Shown here one piece after another: positions 25,646-39,172 of a stretch of DNA of 64,000 nt (its first letter is position 1; each line of letters begins with the position of its first letter). Source of the DNA: Octopus bimaculoides (Eukaryota); assembly GCF_001194135.2 (NCBI RefSeq), contig NC_068981.1:163029888-163093887 (forward strand), given 5' to 3'. The notes under the pieces are model-generated. The model was not told where the DNA came from and did not search any database. It was given only the letters and a program-made list of their open reading frames with translations. A program made the position numbers and the translations under genes.

Positions 25646-27973
25646 AATATGAATGGAATGGTTAAGAGTATTTCATTTGAGGTAGTTCGAAGCATTTCTT
25701 CAAGGCAAGGAAATATTTAGTAATTAATACAAAGAATTAAAGTTTACTTTGGTGCTCATAAAAACAAAAGCAAACAAAAGGGTTAAGGTACATTGAGCTC
25801 AGTATGTAGGGTTGTGGGCTATGGACCCTTGGCAATAAGATAGGGGAGAGAAACTTCATCATACATATTTACAAACATAAAAAAAACATCAATTCCACTT
25901 AGTCAAAAGATTACCCAAAGGAGAAATTCCCTCCAGGGAATGGACTCCAGAGTTAATCCATTTTTTTTATATTTTGGAAAAAGAGTTGTGTGCATGTGTC
26001 ATACACACACTAGTATATGCATATATATGTACACACATGCATGTGTTTATATAAATACACACACATATTTACATATGTATATGCATATATATATACGTGT
26101 CTATATTCTATATATTATATATGTTTATGCATATATAAATGTTAATAAGAAATGTCTGTATAATTGTATACTTGTGTGTATGCATGTGTGTGTGTATACA
26201 CACACACACACCCATGTATACAATTATACAGACATTTCTTACTAACACACACACACACACACATACACATACATACTCATGCAGAAATATGAGTGAGGAC
26301 TCGTGTGAATGGATGAGAGAGACAGAGAGATTACGGTGGTGATGGGAAAAGACTGATCCAATTAATTCGACTAGTCTGCGTTTCCTATATTAGATTAGGT
26401 AGGGTGGCAGTGGTACAGACAAGAAGCAGAACAGGGACACAACACATAAGCAAGAAGTGTAGAAGAGTGGCAGGAGAAAGCCAAATATAAATAACAACAA
26501 CATGGCTGCCACCGCCACCACCAGAAAGTGTTATGCTGCCCTCCCTGCCATGAATATTTGTAATCTTGCAATGCTGATATTAATTTACAGGAGAGTTGCT
26601 AGGGGACAAGCAGGAATTGCAAGACTTCGTCAATGTCTGTACTGATGACAAACTATTTAGGCCTACTTCGTGTCATAGATCATTTCTCGTGTTTTATTGA
26701 AAATAGTGGTGTGTGTGTGTGTGTGCACATACACACACACGTTCATCTTCAATACTGCTTCCTTGTACATGAATTTATTTTAAGCTTTCTATGGAGAGAA
26801 AAAGTCCCTAAAATTACCAGCAACAGAAATGTTTTCCCAACTATTTAGCAATCTAACAGAACAGAGGTCACTTACCTCCAGGCCACAGATCAGTACCAGA
26901 CCACATTGGACAAATAAATTTTAAAATTATATTTGTATTTTATTGAATATCATAGCCTGTACGGAGATTTTGCTTTATATATGCGACACACACACATGTA
27001 ATAATTAAATTATATATGTTGCCCTTTATTGTGTCTTGCTATGCGTATGATTCTCAGGTCCATAAAAAATTATCATGCATGAAATCATTCTGTGGTGCAA
27101 AAGAAAAGGTTGGGGACTGTAGCAATGGAACAAGTATTTACCAAATGACCTAGGTCCAACATTTCAATATAAAGTTCACAAATCTGAATATGTTTGTGTG
27201 CTGTAGGGAAACCAGTTCCAACTAGACTAATAAAGGTTATCATATAAGGACACTTGACCCACTAGAAGTAGCAGTTAAGCTTCCTTCAAATACCATTGTC
27301 TTAGAAAATGATATGTTGAATCATTCAGTCCTTTGTTTCCAGTATATAGAAATGGAGTGGATTTTCATGGCTGAACATAGTTCTGCTTGATAAGAGCTGA
27401 CCAGGAATTTTATAACAACAATAGTATACAAGTTTTACCGAATTTGAAACTGTGATGAGGATACTAATGAGTAAATAGGACATTTCGTATTCTTGGAATG
27501 GTTACTAGTTGACTATTGAGTTGATTATTAGTTATATCATTAGGCCAAGTTTGTCTTGGTAAGATGAACAGATATGGAACATTAACTAGAACAAGATGAG
27601 GGAGTCTCAACAGGAAGGAAAGTATTGCTGGATCTGCTAGAAATAGCAACTAAATTTCTTTTGAAACACAAACTAATTTCTTAAATAAGGACGCTGAATA
27701 ATGTAGTCCTAGTTACACTTATGTTTATATATATATAAAAAAAAATAAAAAAAAGATAAGATGATCATAGCTCTATTCAGTTAGGGCTGACTTAGGGTTC
27801 AACAATAACCACAAGCAAGACAAGAAAGAGAGTGGGTGGAAAAAAAGGGAGTGGGTGGTGAATTAAGAAATGGAAGGAAGACTGAAAAAAAAAAGATGGG
27901 GAAAGAAGAAAAACAATGAAATTCAAGAAGAAAGATGACAAAGATAAAGGGAAAAAGTGAGGGTAGACTTTAA

Positions 27974-28193
27974 TCCATTAGCATTCAGATTATTCTGTCA
28001 GATGTGATGCATATTTATTAACATTAATTTGAATTAATCAGGCATTATCTCATAGTTTTGAGATTTTGATAATGTGATAGTTTATTTTTAGAATGACATT
28101 GTAGGGTAGGTGTGAGAAGCTGGATCTGGCCAGTTTGAACAGAAAACAGACAGAATATTTGGGCTGGAAATAGCCAGTTTAAATGCTAAAGGG
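27974..28193. mobile_element. piggyBac-like MITE (family E), opposite orientation
   Basis: TTAA|TCCATTAGCATT...AATGCTAAAGGG|TTAA. The interior is the reverse complement of the 19650 copy. Further inverted partial copies lie at about 6920-7065 and 55835-56058. Confidence 0.88.
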
Positions 28194-28228
28194 TTAACCT
28201 CCAAAGCTTAAATCTATAGTTTCAACTT

Positions 28229-28262
<34 letters not shown>

Positions 28263-28439
28263 TAACAAGTGACTTTAACTTTAGAGAAAAACATTTCTTA
28301 TAATTTTATTAACTGTTTTATATAATATTTAGAATAATAATAATTCATTCTAATTTTGGTACAATGCCAGGAATTCTGAGGGGAGGATCAAAATGATTAC
28401 ATTGACCTAAGTATTTGACTAGCACTTTATATTACTCTT

Positions 28440-28600
28440 ACTCTCTCTTTTACTCTTTTGCTTGTTTCAGTCATTTGACTGCGGCCATGCTGGAGCACCG
28501 CCTTTAGTCAAGCAAATCGGCCTCGGGACTTAGTACTTATTCTATCGGTCTCTTTTGCTGAACCACTAAGTGACGGGGACATAAACACACCAGCTTGCTG
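28440..28600 (-). mobile_element. Family B SINE 3' half, inverted
   Basis: cttgtttcagtcatttgactgcggccatgctggagcaccgcctttagtc. Confidence 0.85.
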
Positions 28601-28616
28601 CCTTAATAACAATAAT

Positions 28617-28784
28617 AATCCTTTCTATTAAAGGCACAAGGCCTAAAATTTTGGGGGAGGGGTAAGTCGATTACGTTGACCCCAGTACTCAACTGGTACT
28701 TAATTTATTGACCCTGAAAGGATGAAAAGCAATGTTGAGCTCAGTGGAATTTTAACTCAGAAGACAGATAAAATGCTACAATGC

Positions 28785-28816
<32 letters not shown>

Positions 28817-29172
28817 CTTTTCTACTAAAGGCACAAAGCCTGAAATTTTAGGGGAGGGGTAAGTCGATTACATCGACCCCAGTACTCAACTGGTACTTAT
28901 TGACCCTGCAAGGATGAAAGGCAAAGTTGATCTCAGCAGAATTTGAGCTCAGAATGTAGCGACGAGCGAAATACCGCTTAGCATTTTTGTCCAGCATGCT
29001 GATGCTTCTGCCCGTCAGCCTTTCTACTATAGGTACAAGACCTGAAATTNNNNNNNNNNAAGGATGAAAAGTAAAGCCAACCGTGGCAGAATTTGAACTC
29101 AGAATGTAGCGACAAGCAAAGTGCCACTAAACATTTTGCCTGGCATGCTAATAATTCTGCCAGCTCGCCACC
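28617..29172 (-). mobile_element. Tandem cluster of three tRNA-derived SINEs (family C here) separated by (AAT)n
   Basis: Repeated unit cctttctactaaaggcacaaggcctgaaatttt...gtcgattacatcgaccccagtactcaactggtactt...aaggatgaaaggcaaagt...gaatttgaactcagaa...ctgccagctcgccacctt. The tRNA-like head is on the minus strand. The central core resembles my recollection of the MetaSINE/Sauria-type core. Confidence 0.88.
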
Positions 29173-29174
29173 TT

Positions 29175-29181
29175 AATAATA

Positions 29182-29267
<86 letters not shown>
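29175..29267. repeat. (AAT)n microsatellite
   Basis: Read directly from the sequence. Confidence 0.97.
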
Positions 29268-29269
<2 letters not shown>

Positions 29270-29785
29270 ATTGCTTATAACTCAACTATAATGGTAATCT
29301 TTTATTAATTTCCAGTCTGAAACAAGAAATGATGACTGCATCTAACTTCAGTTTCCCATCATTGAAATCAAAGTATTATGTTCAATTTAGAAATTATCCA
29401 AGGTGTGTGGATGGGTACGAGGAGGAGTGAAGGAGAAGAAAATGAAGGAGAAGCGGGGGAATCAAACTATGCAGCCAAGATTGTGCACTACTCCTTCATC
29501 AAATTTTCATTCTTTGCCACTGTTAGTATCATCATCATCATCATTCTTTTTTTTTTTTTTCAAGATTTTTTTTCAATTTATTTATTTTCTTTTTAATATA
29601 AATTTCGAGAGTTAAACAAGAAGGCCAAAACTTTATTAGATATGACACAAAGTCATTAGGAGAGACTGAATGTGTACGAGTTAAAAAAGAGTGCAGATGG
29701 GAGAGGCGGGAATCTACTGAGAGAAAAGTCAAAAGCATTAGTCAATGATCTTTTATAAAAGTAACAGAACGAAACAAAAAGAATA

Positions 29786-29816
<31 letters not shown>

Positions 29817-32520
29817 TAATGGCAATGATGATGATGATGATGATGATAATAATGGTCACAATAATTTTTAAGCAACAAGAAATTAACAAGGAAATGATTC
29901 ACAGATAAGTGTGAGGATGGAGGAGGGGCACAACATTTATTTTCATTCTTACTTTGTTTCGGAATACAATAGTGTTTGGGTGAAGACTTGCCCCCCTCCC
30001 AGGAGGGGGGAGGGTTTAGAAAGGGGAGGCAACTAATACACACACACAAACACTACTCCAACTTTTCTAAGTCATTTGTTATTGTTTGCCTTTTACCTTT
30101 TTTTTCGTTTCCCTTTTCACTAAACTAAGCTTCCCGCCCTCCTAAACACCCTCACAAAAATGTAAAACTGAATAAGCGGTACTTAAGAGTGTAAGTCAAA
30201 AATATGAAGCATTGTAGCAATGTGAAAGAAGAACACTATCTCAGTCTTTTAAGACCTCTTTTTTTTTTTTTTTGGCACCACAGCACAAAAGGCAAACAGG
30301 AACAAAAAAAAAAAGTTTTTTTTTATGGAAAAAAAAAAAGAAAACTAAAGGAGAGAAAGAAAGAGCAGAGACAGGAGGGGAAGAGGAGAAAGGAAAAAAA
30401 AAAGGAAATTATAGTTTTTATTAAGTGGTTCCAATGGGAAGGAATGGAACAAACGATAAAATACAATACGAAACAATACAACATAATACAAATCACTGNN
30501 NNNNNNNNNNNNNNNNNNNNNNNNNNNNNNNNNNNNNNNNNNNNNNNNNNNNNNNNNNNNNNNNNNNNNNNNNNNNNNNNNNNNNNNNNNNNNNNNNNNN
30601 NNNNNNNNNNNNNNNNNNNNNNNNNNNNNNNNNNNNNNNNNNNNNNNNNNNNNNNNNNNNNNNNNTATAGAAAATTCTGCTTTCGAGAAAATAAGGTAAA
30701 CTCTTCTTTCAACTCATATTTAAAATAACTATCTATTTAAATTACTAAATATATCGTATTTCTTTTGTTGTTTGTTTTCATAACTATTTTTTTTGCTTCA
30801 ATTTTCAATACAAAAAACTCCTAGAATGTTGATGGAACAAAGTTTTATCAGAAATAAAAAGAATAACATACTTCTATCTACAAAGGGTTTACGAAGAGAG
30901 AGAGAGAGAGAGAGAGAGCAGGGAGAAGTAGCCATTCAAAGAACTAAGACTGAAAGGTTAAATTAATGATAAATTCATTATTGGCATTGGAAACTGAGGT
31001 GGGATGGACAAGGCAGATCGCAACAGCAGCAGCAACAATAGGAAATCTCTATAATTCTGCCACTTTCTTGGTATTAGAACAGTTGAAAAAATGTGCACAA
31101 AAGTACAATTTGAGAACAGAAGTACACCAAAGATGGAGAAATAATGTATTACATATGTAATATGTCTAACCCATGTCAGTTACAATGATGATTGCTATGT
31201 AAACTAGAACTAATACCAAATAAGAGCACAGGCAACAATAATGGGAAGTTAAAACGTTTGTGAAAGCCAAAATATTGAAGAGCCACTCTGTCCATCTGTG
31301 TCCAGTACCTGGCTAAACAGTTGTTACATTGCTCTAGTTTCATGCTGCTAGGTGAATGAAGAGTGGTCAGCTGATAATGCTAATAAAGCTGAAGAAGTGA
31401 ATATACCATGGGTAGAAGATGTGAATTCTAATGATTCAAACAGAGGCCTGCCTTGAGGACACTAAAACAGAAAGGCTTTTTTGAGAGTGCTGACTATTTA
31501 TTCACCATTATTGGAAGTCATAGGGCCCTACTTAAAACATAACATTCCACACCACACATAATTCACAATGATCCTGTACTCATTAAGGACTTATTAAGGA
31601 CAGGTTCAAACTACATGAGAAAATACCTGCAGCAAATCTGAACATGCAAACACTAAGAGTTGATAGTCTAAAAGCCAATCCAGAGAGCAATAATTAACTG
31701 TACTAATGAGTTGAAAAAAAAACAAAACACCCCATCAGAAAGAGTGACCCTAAAATCCTTGCGAGTGTTAAAATTTGTACACCAAGTTAGTACACCAAGC
31801 TGTAGACCAAGCTAGTATAAATTTTCTTTGTGTTTCACATACATGCACATTTATGTGTTTCATTTTTGTATTTCATTTTCAGCTTGTAGTAAATGTTATA
31901 TTGCAATATCTAGGTGATGTGTAAGCTAGTCATTATTAAGTACTTCATATATTCATCACACACACACACACACACAGATATATGCAAATGTCTGTCAGTA
32001 TGTGTATATATAAAGACACACACTAAATCAAATTTCAAATACACAAATGTACATACATATACATGCATTCATACAGACACAAACCCATGTGGCATATACA
32101 TAGATGTCAATGGATGTATGTATGGGCATACACATACAAAATAAATCAGGTATACATGCAGCTCACATTACCCATAAACACATGGGACATCTAGATCAGT
32201 ATATATATATATATATATATATGTACACAGGAAGGTGCAGACACATATACACACACATTAACATGCATGCCTGCATTACATACTTGCACACATACATACA
32301 TACATCATATAAAAAATATTTTTCTTTGATTCCCACCCTCCCAATAATCTTATTAAAATGTTATGTTTCATTTTTTATATTTTAATTTTCGAAAATCATA
32401 ATTTCATTTCAGAAATATCCATGAGTTATGGATAAAAATTCTGACAGGTTTAATAAATAAATAAAAGTAATAATAATAAATGTAGAAACATCATCAAACT
32501 TCTTATATCTATAAGTCAGT

Positions 32521-32563
<43 letters not shown>

Positions 32564-32615
32564 TGTGTGTGTGCGTGCATACATACATGCAAATAGAAGT
32601 CTGCATGTCTTTAAC

Positions 32616-32668
<53 letters not shown>

Positions 32669-33487
32669 GTCCCAGTAGAGAAATTTGTATGCATGTTTTG
32701 TATATATGTATGTTTAAGAGATCACTCCCTGAAGGTTGAACTGTCTGAAGCCTGAAGCCCCTGCCAGAACCATCACTGAATAAAGGAAGTCTAAAGGATC
32801 CACACAAAAACAGCAATGGAAGAAGCAAAAGATGGCCAAATTTTTACATTAACAGTAAAGGAGAACGACTATACGTTATGAGAAGAGACAGTCTTTGAAA
32901 CAGTGTCATAAAGCACTGACATCAATCTGTGTGACTTTATGATAATGGTTTAAGCCACCTCTCTCCCACATTTGGTAAAGTTAAGCACAGAAATTGCTGT
33001 CTGGTTAAAAAAGTTCACTTCCCTAACACTTGGCTTTGAGTTTAGTTCTACTGCGCTATAGCATGAGCAGGCACCTTTTACTATGGTAGAAGACAAAGTA
33101 TACAGATGTCTTTTATAATAGTGCCAAACTGTCCCAAGCCTTGGGAGTGGATTTGGAAGATCGTAACTGAAAGAAGCCTGCTTTTATGTGTGCATGTGTG
33201 TATACATATATGTATGTACATGTGTGTGAGTGAATGTCTTGTTTTGACAGCAAGTGTCAGTTGTAAATGAGTACCACTGCCTTACAAGCAGTGCCATTCA
33301 TTTCCAATTTTCTCTGAAAAAAGGTTCTGCCATTGAGAAATACTACCTTGCTTTGAAACAAGATAGGATGAGTGACTGGAAGGACATGCAAATGTAGAAA
33401 ATCTGCCTTAATAAACTCTGTCCAAACCATGCAAGCATGGAAAAGATGTCAAAATATTAAGAGGATGTTAAAATGAATATATTATAC

Positions 33488-33805
33488 GAAGGCGCATTGC
33501 TCAGTAGTTAGGGTAATCAGCTCATGATCATAAGGCCGTGAGTTCAATTCCCAGCAGTGCATTGTATTCTTGTGCAAGACACTTTATTTCATGTTGCGCC
33601 ATTCCACTCAGCTGACAAAAATGAGTTGTACTGGTAATTCAAAGGTCTGACCTTGTCACATTCTTTGTCATGCTGAATCTCCCTGAGAACTACATGAAGG
33701 GAATGTGTCTGTGGAGTGCTCACCCACTTGCACATTAACTTCATGGGCAGGCAGTTCTGTTAATCAGATCAACTGGAACCCTTATCATCGTAACCGATGG
33801 AGTCT
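33488..33805 (+). mobile_element. tRNA-derived SINE (family D here)
   Basis: Head aggcgcattgctcagtagttaggg...gtgagttcaattccc. Related inverted copies lie at about 60-230, 6365-6535 and 54525-54600 (shared aaatgagttgtac and caagacac/caagaacac motifs). Confidence 0.7.
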
Positions 33806-36506
33806 TTTTTCTAAATCATACGGCATGCCTGGCCTTATGGTTTAAAAGTTTGCTTCACAACCACATCATCTTAGGTTCATTCTCACTGTGGTCCACTTGT
33901 CTTCTACTGCTATTGCCTTGGGTTGATCAAAAACTTGTAAGTGAAAATGGTAGGCAGAAGCTGTATGGAAGCATAGCTTACACACACAAACACACTCGCA
34001 AGCAAAAAGACCAGATGCACATAAACATACATTTTTAAATATAGTTCATAGATGAGATCCAAATATTCTCTGTATAGAATATACTTAGTAGTGCTCAAGA
34101 GTTTTAAACTAGAGCGGGTATAGAAGTAAATGTAGGGATAAACAAATTAGACAGATCAACATATAAAGTACATGAAATGCAAAAAAATGCATATGTGTAT
34201 ACATATGAAAAGGTCTAACTTACACAGAGTACAAATGACATTTGTACTCTATGTAAGTTGGACCTTTTTATATATATACACATATACATTTTTTTTTTGC
34301 ATTTCATGTACTTTATATATTGATCTGTCTAATTCGTTTATCCTTACATTTACATATTTAAATATGAACATTGACGAAAGCGTGAATGAATGCCACAGTG
34401 TGATAAGCTCTTGATGAGAAAACTCTGAGACCTTGCTTCAATTCCCAGATGTAGCTATTTCACTTCACTTCAACACATTTAGATCCTTATAATTTTGGGG
34501 GAAAGAAGTGAACATCACATCGTGTCTTCTTTCCCCCACCACTAATGTCACAGTGGAAAAATATCTAACTCTTTAACAGACATTTGTGACAGAATGGGTG
34601 GAAGGATGAAATACTACAAATAAACAAATTATTTATAAGGCATAAATATATTCTACTCACCCCACACCTATCCCACAGTGTAAAAGCATTGAAAGACACA
34701 CACACTGGAAACAACTGAGTGTTGTAATGTCTCTATGGATCATTGTAGGTGTCCATGAAAGAAGAGCCACTGCTCATAGCTCAAGCCCATTCCCCTCCTC
34801 CTCCTCTTTTCTACCATAACCAACACCATACACACATATATGCAGTGTATAGTATACACACATATATGCAGTGTATAGTATACACATACACACACACACA
34901 GAGGCACCAAAGGCTAGCTTTAAAGAAAAAAAAAGAAGCAAACTGAAAACAACAAAAGAAACAAAGGGTAGAATAATAATTTTAAAAAAAAATTAAATAT
35001 TAAAAAAAATATTTGTTAGTAGATTAAGGTAAAAAAAAAAAGGGTGAATTAGTAACTTGTAGCAACTAGTACATGGGGAGGAATAAGTTTGAAGAACTGA
35101 AAGTAGTTCAAAGAAAGCTTGATGGCAAAAAAAATGCTGTGACATTAGCAAAAAGGTAAAAGACATCCCAGTCAACATCTGTAGATAGTAGAACGGAAGA
35201 AGAGTGGCTCATGCAGATAGCTATATAAAGTAACACCCACTCACGTAAACAAAACATCTGTAAGGGTCACACCCAGTCACGTAAATATCTGTAAGAGTAA
35301 TTACCCAGTTATGTAAACAACTGGAAAAGCAACAGCACTCATGTAAACATTAGTATATCTAGCTAGGTAGCAACTATTTCAAAGTATTATATAAACATTT
35401 CTAACAACTGTAGCATCATCAACTGTAACAGGCAGCTTCACAGGGCACCAGCTGTGACAGTTAAATAAACAGCCACACATGGCAGTATATCATATGTAAA
35501 TGTAACCAGCCACATTTTCACGTTGGATTGTTGCTGTAATGTAATAAGCTACACAGAAGGATGTTAACTAACAGCAATACAATTAACTTCAACTGTAATA
35601 GTCATTAACAGCTATTTTAACAATCATAACTGATAATGAGTGTTGCTGCAACAGTTACATGTAACATTAGCCTGCTACTGTAACAACAATATGTGGCCGT
35701 AGATATTACAGTACAAGCAATAGATGACAGTAGGTGTATGTGACTAGCAACGCTATGGAAACAGCAGCTAGTTAACAGCTGCCTAGCTGTAATAGTCACA
35801 CACCTGTATCAACATTTACAAGAATCAGTAGGACACAAATGTAACAGCCAAGCTACATATAACATCAACTAGAACAAGATACACTGTAACTGCTTCAATT
35901 GCACACAGAAAACTAGTATAGTAACATATACACATACATCTATAAGAACATTTATAACTTACTTTGCTAATCACATTTGTTACAGTCATATGAAACTATA
36001 TTTTGGAATAGCAGCGACAGTAACACACATTACTTAATACAAAGGAATACACACTGATGTATACAGATTCACACACACACACATTACAGAAATATTAACA
36101 TAAGGTAGCATTTGGAACTATAACAATGACACATACACAATGTCTTGAAGAGTAACAGACATGTAACATCAGCACTCGAAACAACCTTACAACACTTAGA
36201 ACAGGAATAGCCACAGATGACAACACTCAAACAGTAACAATCTTATGTTACATGATAACAAAACAGCAAGAGCCACAGGTAACAAAGATGAAAACAGTTA
36301 ACAGCCACATGTAACAGCATCTAAAACTGTGACAAGCATTCAGTGTCTACCTACAAAGGATCAAAGAGTAAGAAGTGAAGTTTATCATGAACTTTTCTCA
36401 TTAAAATAAACAAATTAGATAAACAACGAGATAAATAAAAAGTAAATGTGATAAGGCAATGAGGGGAAAAAAAAAGTGGTTAGAAAATGTGAATTGAAGG
36501 ACTCAC

Positions 36507-36640
36507 CTGAGACTGGACATTAGCCCCAACCGATGTCTCGTTGCCCTGGTAACTATCACCGTTTAAATTCATATAGATGCTCTGTTGTTGACCTCCTAGT
36601 TGTGCTTGCGAAGATGCCACCATATTATAACCTGAAACCC
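36507..36640 (-). CDS. pbx: Pbx exon (PBX1 exon 7 equivalent)
   Basis: cttacttttttttcag|GG...TCTCAG|gtgagt, 134 nt, phase 1 to phase 0, in frame with the previous exon: (G)VSGYNMVASSQAQLGGQQQSIYMNLNGDSYQGNETSVGANVQSQ. LNGDSYQG..VGANVQSQ matches human PBX1a LNGDSYQGAQVGANVQSQ as recalled. A second in-frame acceptor gives an exon starting at 36631. Confidence 0.93.
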
Positions 36641-39034
36641 CTGAAAAAAAAGTAAGACGACTCAGTTCTTTATATAAGATGGTGGGGAGGTGATGACATG
36701 AAACCAGTTACTGATGGAGTGTCATAGATTGACGTGGGACTGTGAGTCTGGGAGGTCAAAAGGTATGAAACAAGATAAATGTTAAAACAATTTTCTGACA
36801 GTTAGGTTTAGAAGATGCTTTATGGAGACAACTGCATGTTCACACTAAGCAAATTTTACACCTCACAAACTAACGAGGGAGCCTCTATGTAGTTGCTGGG
36901 TCAACAAGAACCAGGAGCCAAATTTCCTGCAAATCTCACTGTTGGAGATATTGCGTTGTAGAACATTCATGTATATGTGCACTTCATTCCAACTTTTTAA
37001 CTCAGAAATCAAAAGTATGCATTATACACAAGAACTAAAAAGTTACCCAGCTTTCTTTTCTTTTCTTTTTTTTTTTCTTTTTTTAGAGGAGCTAATTTTA
37101 TAGAGAGCTGTACAGATGGACTGCATCAAGGTGCAAGATCAATCTGTAAACTAACTGTTTTATTAGTTCACAGTGCTGAGTCAAGATCAAATAGTTTGAT
37201 AAGTGTGAGGGGTTGAGAGGAAAAAAACCCCCAAAAAGGCATCCAGATTCAAGCCAGGTGTATAGGAGAGATTGTATTTTCAAATGCTTAATACCAAAAA
37301 ACCAGAATTCCAGCATGTCAACACTTCCTAGCCCCAGCAATTAGAGAGGGAGGGAAGGAGAGAGAGGGAGGGTGCATGTGAGTGTGTGTGTGAGAGAGAT
37401 CTTTATATGTTCAGAGGATATTATAACTAGTGAAAACAAAATAGGATCTCCCCAATACCTATTTGTTCTTTCAGTGAATGCACTAACAATAACCCAACAG
37501 TACTGAGAGTTTCTCAAAGTTGAAACGAAGAGTATCCATCTGATACTAGGACCACAGAGCAAATGAGAAAGTAAATGTTTTAGAATGTAGAAAAAAATAA
37601 ACCTTTGAATTCATGCAAAGATTCCTCACGCACAACAATAACTATTTCACAAACACACATTGGATTCTTCAGATACTGACAAATTCTTATGCTTTCAAGC
37701 AAACATTAGTTCCACATTCTTTTAAAGCATAGATGGATGAGAAGACATTTTTTGTCTTTCTCTAGGACCCAGGTGGCATACGCAAAACACTTCCAATGTG
37801 TTTTAAACAATTCCAGCATTATATTTAGCTACATTGTTCACAACGATACACACAATTTCAACATACTAATGATAAAGCAGGAAAGTTTTAATGTATAAAA
37901 CAAAAGATCTTATGTCCAACACAAAGTATTTATAGCATACCACAAGGCCTTAATAAAAAAAAAAGGGAAGTATTATCTATGAGTCCGGATGTAAGCAATA
38001 TGGGAAAACATAGTAATCTGAGCCATATCAGTGTATCTATGTATAAGACTACCAATAAGGCACCTGTAACACTTCTGTATGATTTTCTATGTTCAGCATT
38101 GTCATAGGGAAGCTGGAGACACTTTATTGGCCTTCTCCTACATAGAGATGGACAAGATCAAATTGTATTCCCTTTCAACGAAAGCTAGTCTAGTTTAGAT
38201 TTGGGAGAACTTGATAGACAAAATATTGTGCTGAATCATAAAACAATCTGAGAAATCTGCAGGTAAATCTGTCTATCTGATTTGAAACGAACCAAGAACT
38301 TTATCAGCTTTATCAATTTTTACAAATATTTGTTTTCATCGGCTCAAATTCCATAAAGCATACACACACACACATCACAAAAAAAAAAAACAAAAAAGAA
38401 AAAGTTGGGAAATTCAATCTTTTCAAGAACTTAAACTCTTTCAGGTAATTTTGGTTGCTGTATTTCTTTAAAGTACACAAAAGAAAAACACAACATTTTT
38501 GAAATAGTCTATCTGTGATTGTAGAAATACAATCTAAATTTGAAATAAAATTAAAAAAAATTTAGTTTAGTAAAAAAATCGACACAGTAAAGAGAGCATA
38601 CATTTCCAGCAAGGTTTCTCATTCTTATAAAGAAGCAAATAGCCAATGAAAATTGGATATAAAGTGTTAACTGTTATCCACATTGATCCTTATTGTCAGT
38701 CTAGCTTTCTTGAGACCCTGAATGGATAGGGACTACATTGTAATTGAACTAGTTATGAATAGCAGTAAGATTTTCCTGAAATACCCACACATCATGCAAA
38801 ATATGGAGGCATACATTGCATAACATATCCTTGGTGTCAATAGTCAATATGTAGTTCGAAAGACTTTGATTATAGGACTGAGGTCAGGTTTCGGTACATT
38901 ATACACAACTTACACACATACATATAAATGCACATATATTTTTATGTACATACACACAGGTACCTATATACATGCATATAAATATATACACATGTATACA
39001 CACACACATATATATGGTAGTCTTCATTTTGTTT

Positions 39035-39172
39035 TCATCTTCCAGATCCGCTCATAAGGCTTTGGTTGGCCTGGGGCTATAGAAAACACTTACCCAAGGT
39101 GCCACATAGTGGGATTGAACCCAAAACCATGTGGTTGGGAAGCAAACTTCTTAACATGCAGCCACACTTGCA
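39035..39172 (-). mobile_element. Family B SINE 5' half, inverted
   Basis: ccagatccgctcataaggctttggttggcctggggctatagaaaacacttacccaagg. Other partial copies lie near 6700-6900(-), 12150-12280(+), 33000-33180(+), 33835-33965(+) and 40125-40300(-). Confidence 0.8.

Noticed and set aside
30002-30030. Possible G-quadruplex
   Set aside because: Only three clearly separate G-runs, and it competes with the adjacent C-rich hairpin arm.
7570-31630. Possible recursive-splicing AG|GT points (ttacag|gtattt at 7573, ctgcag|gtattt at 31627)
   Set aside because: Weak pyrimidine tracts and non-consensus donors; expected by chance in introns this long.
37990-38230. Possible Penelope GIY-YIG remnant (YVGE motif, minus strand)
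   Set aside because: Only a four-residue match among stops; needs blastx to support.
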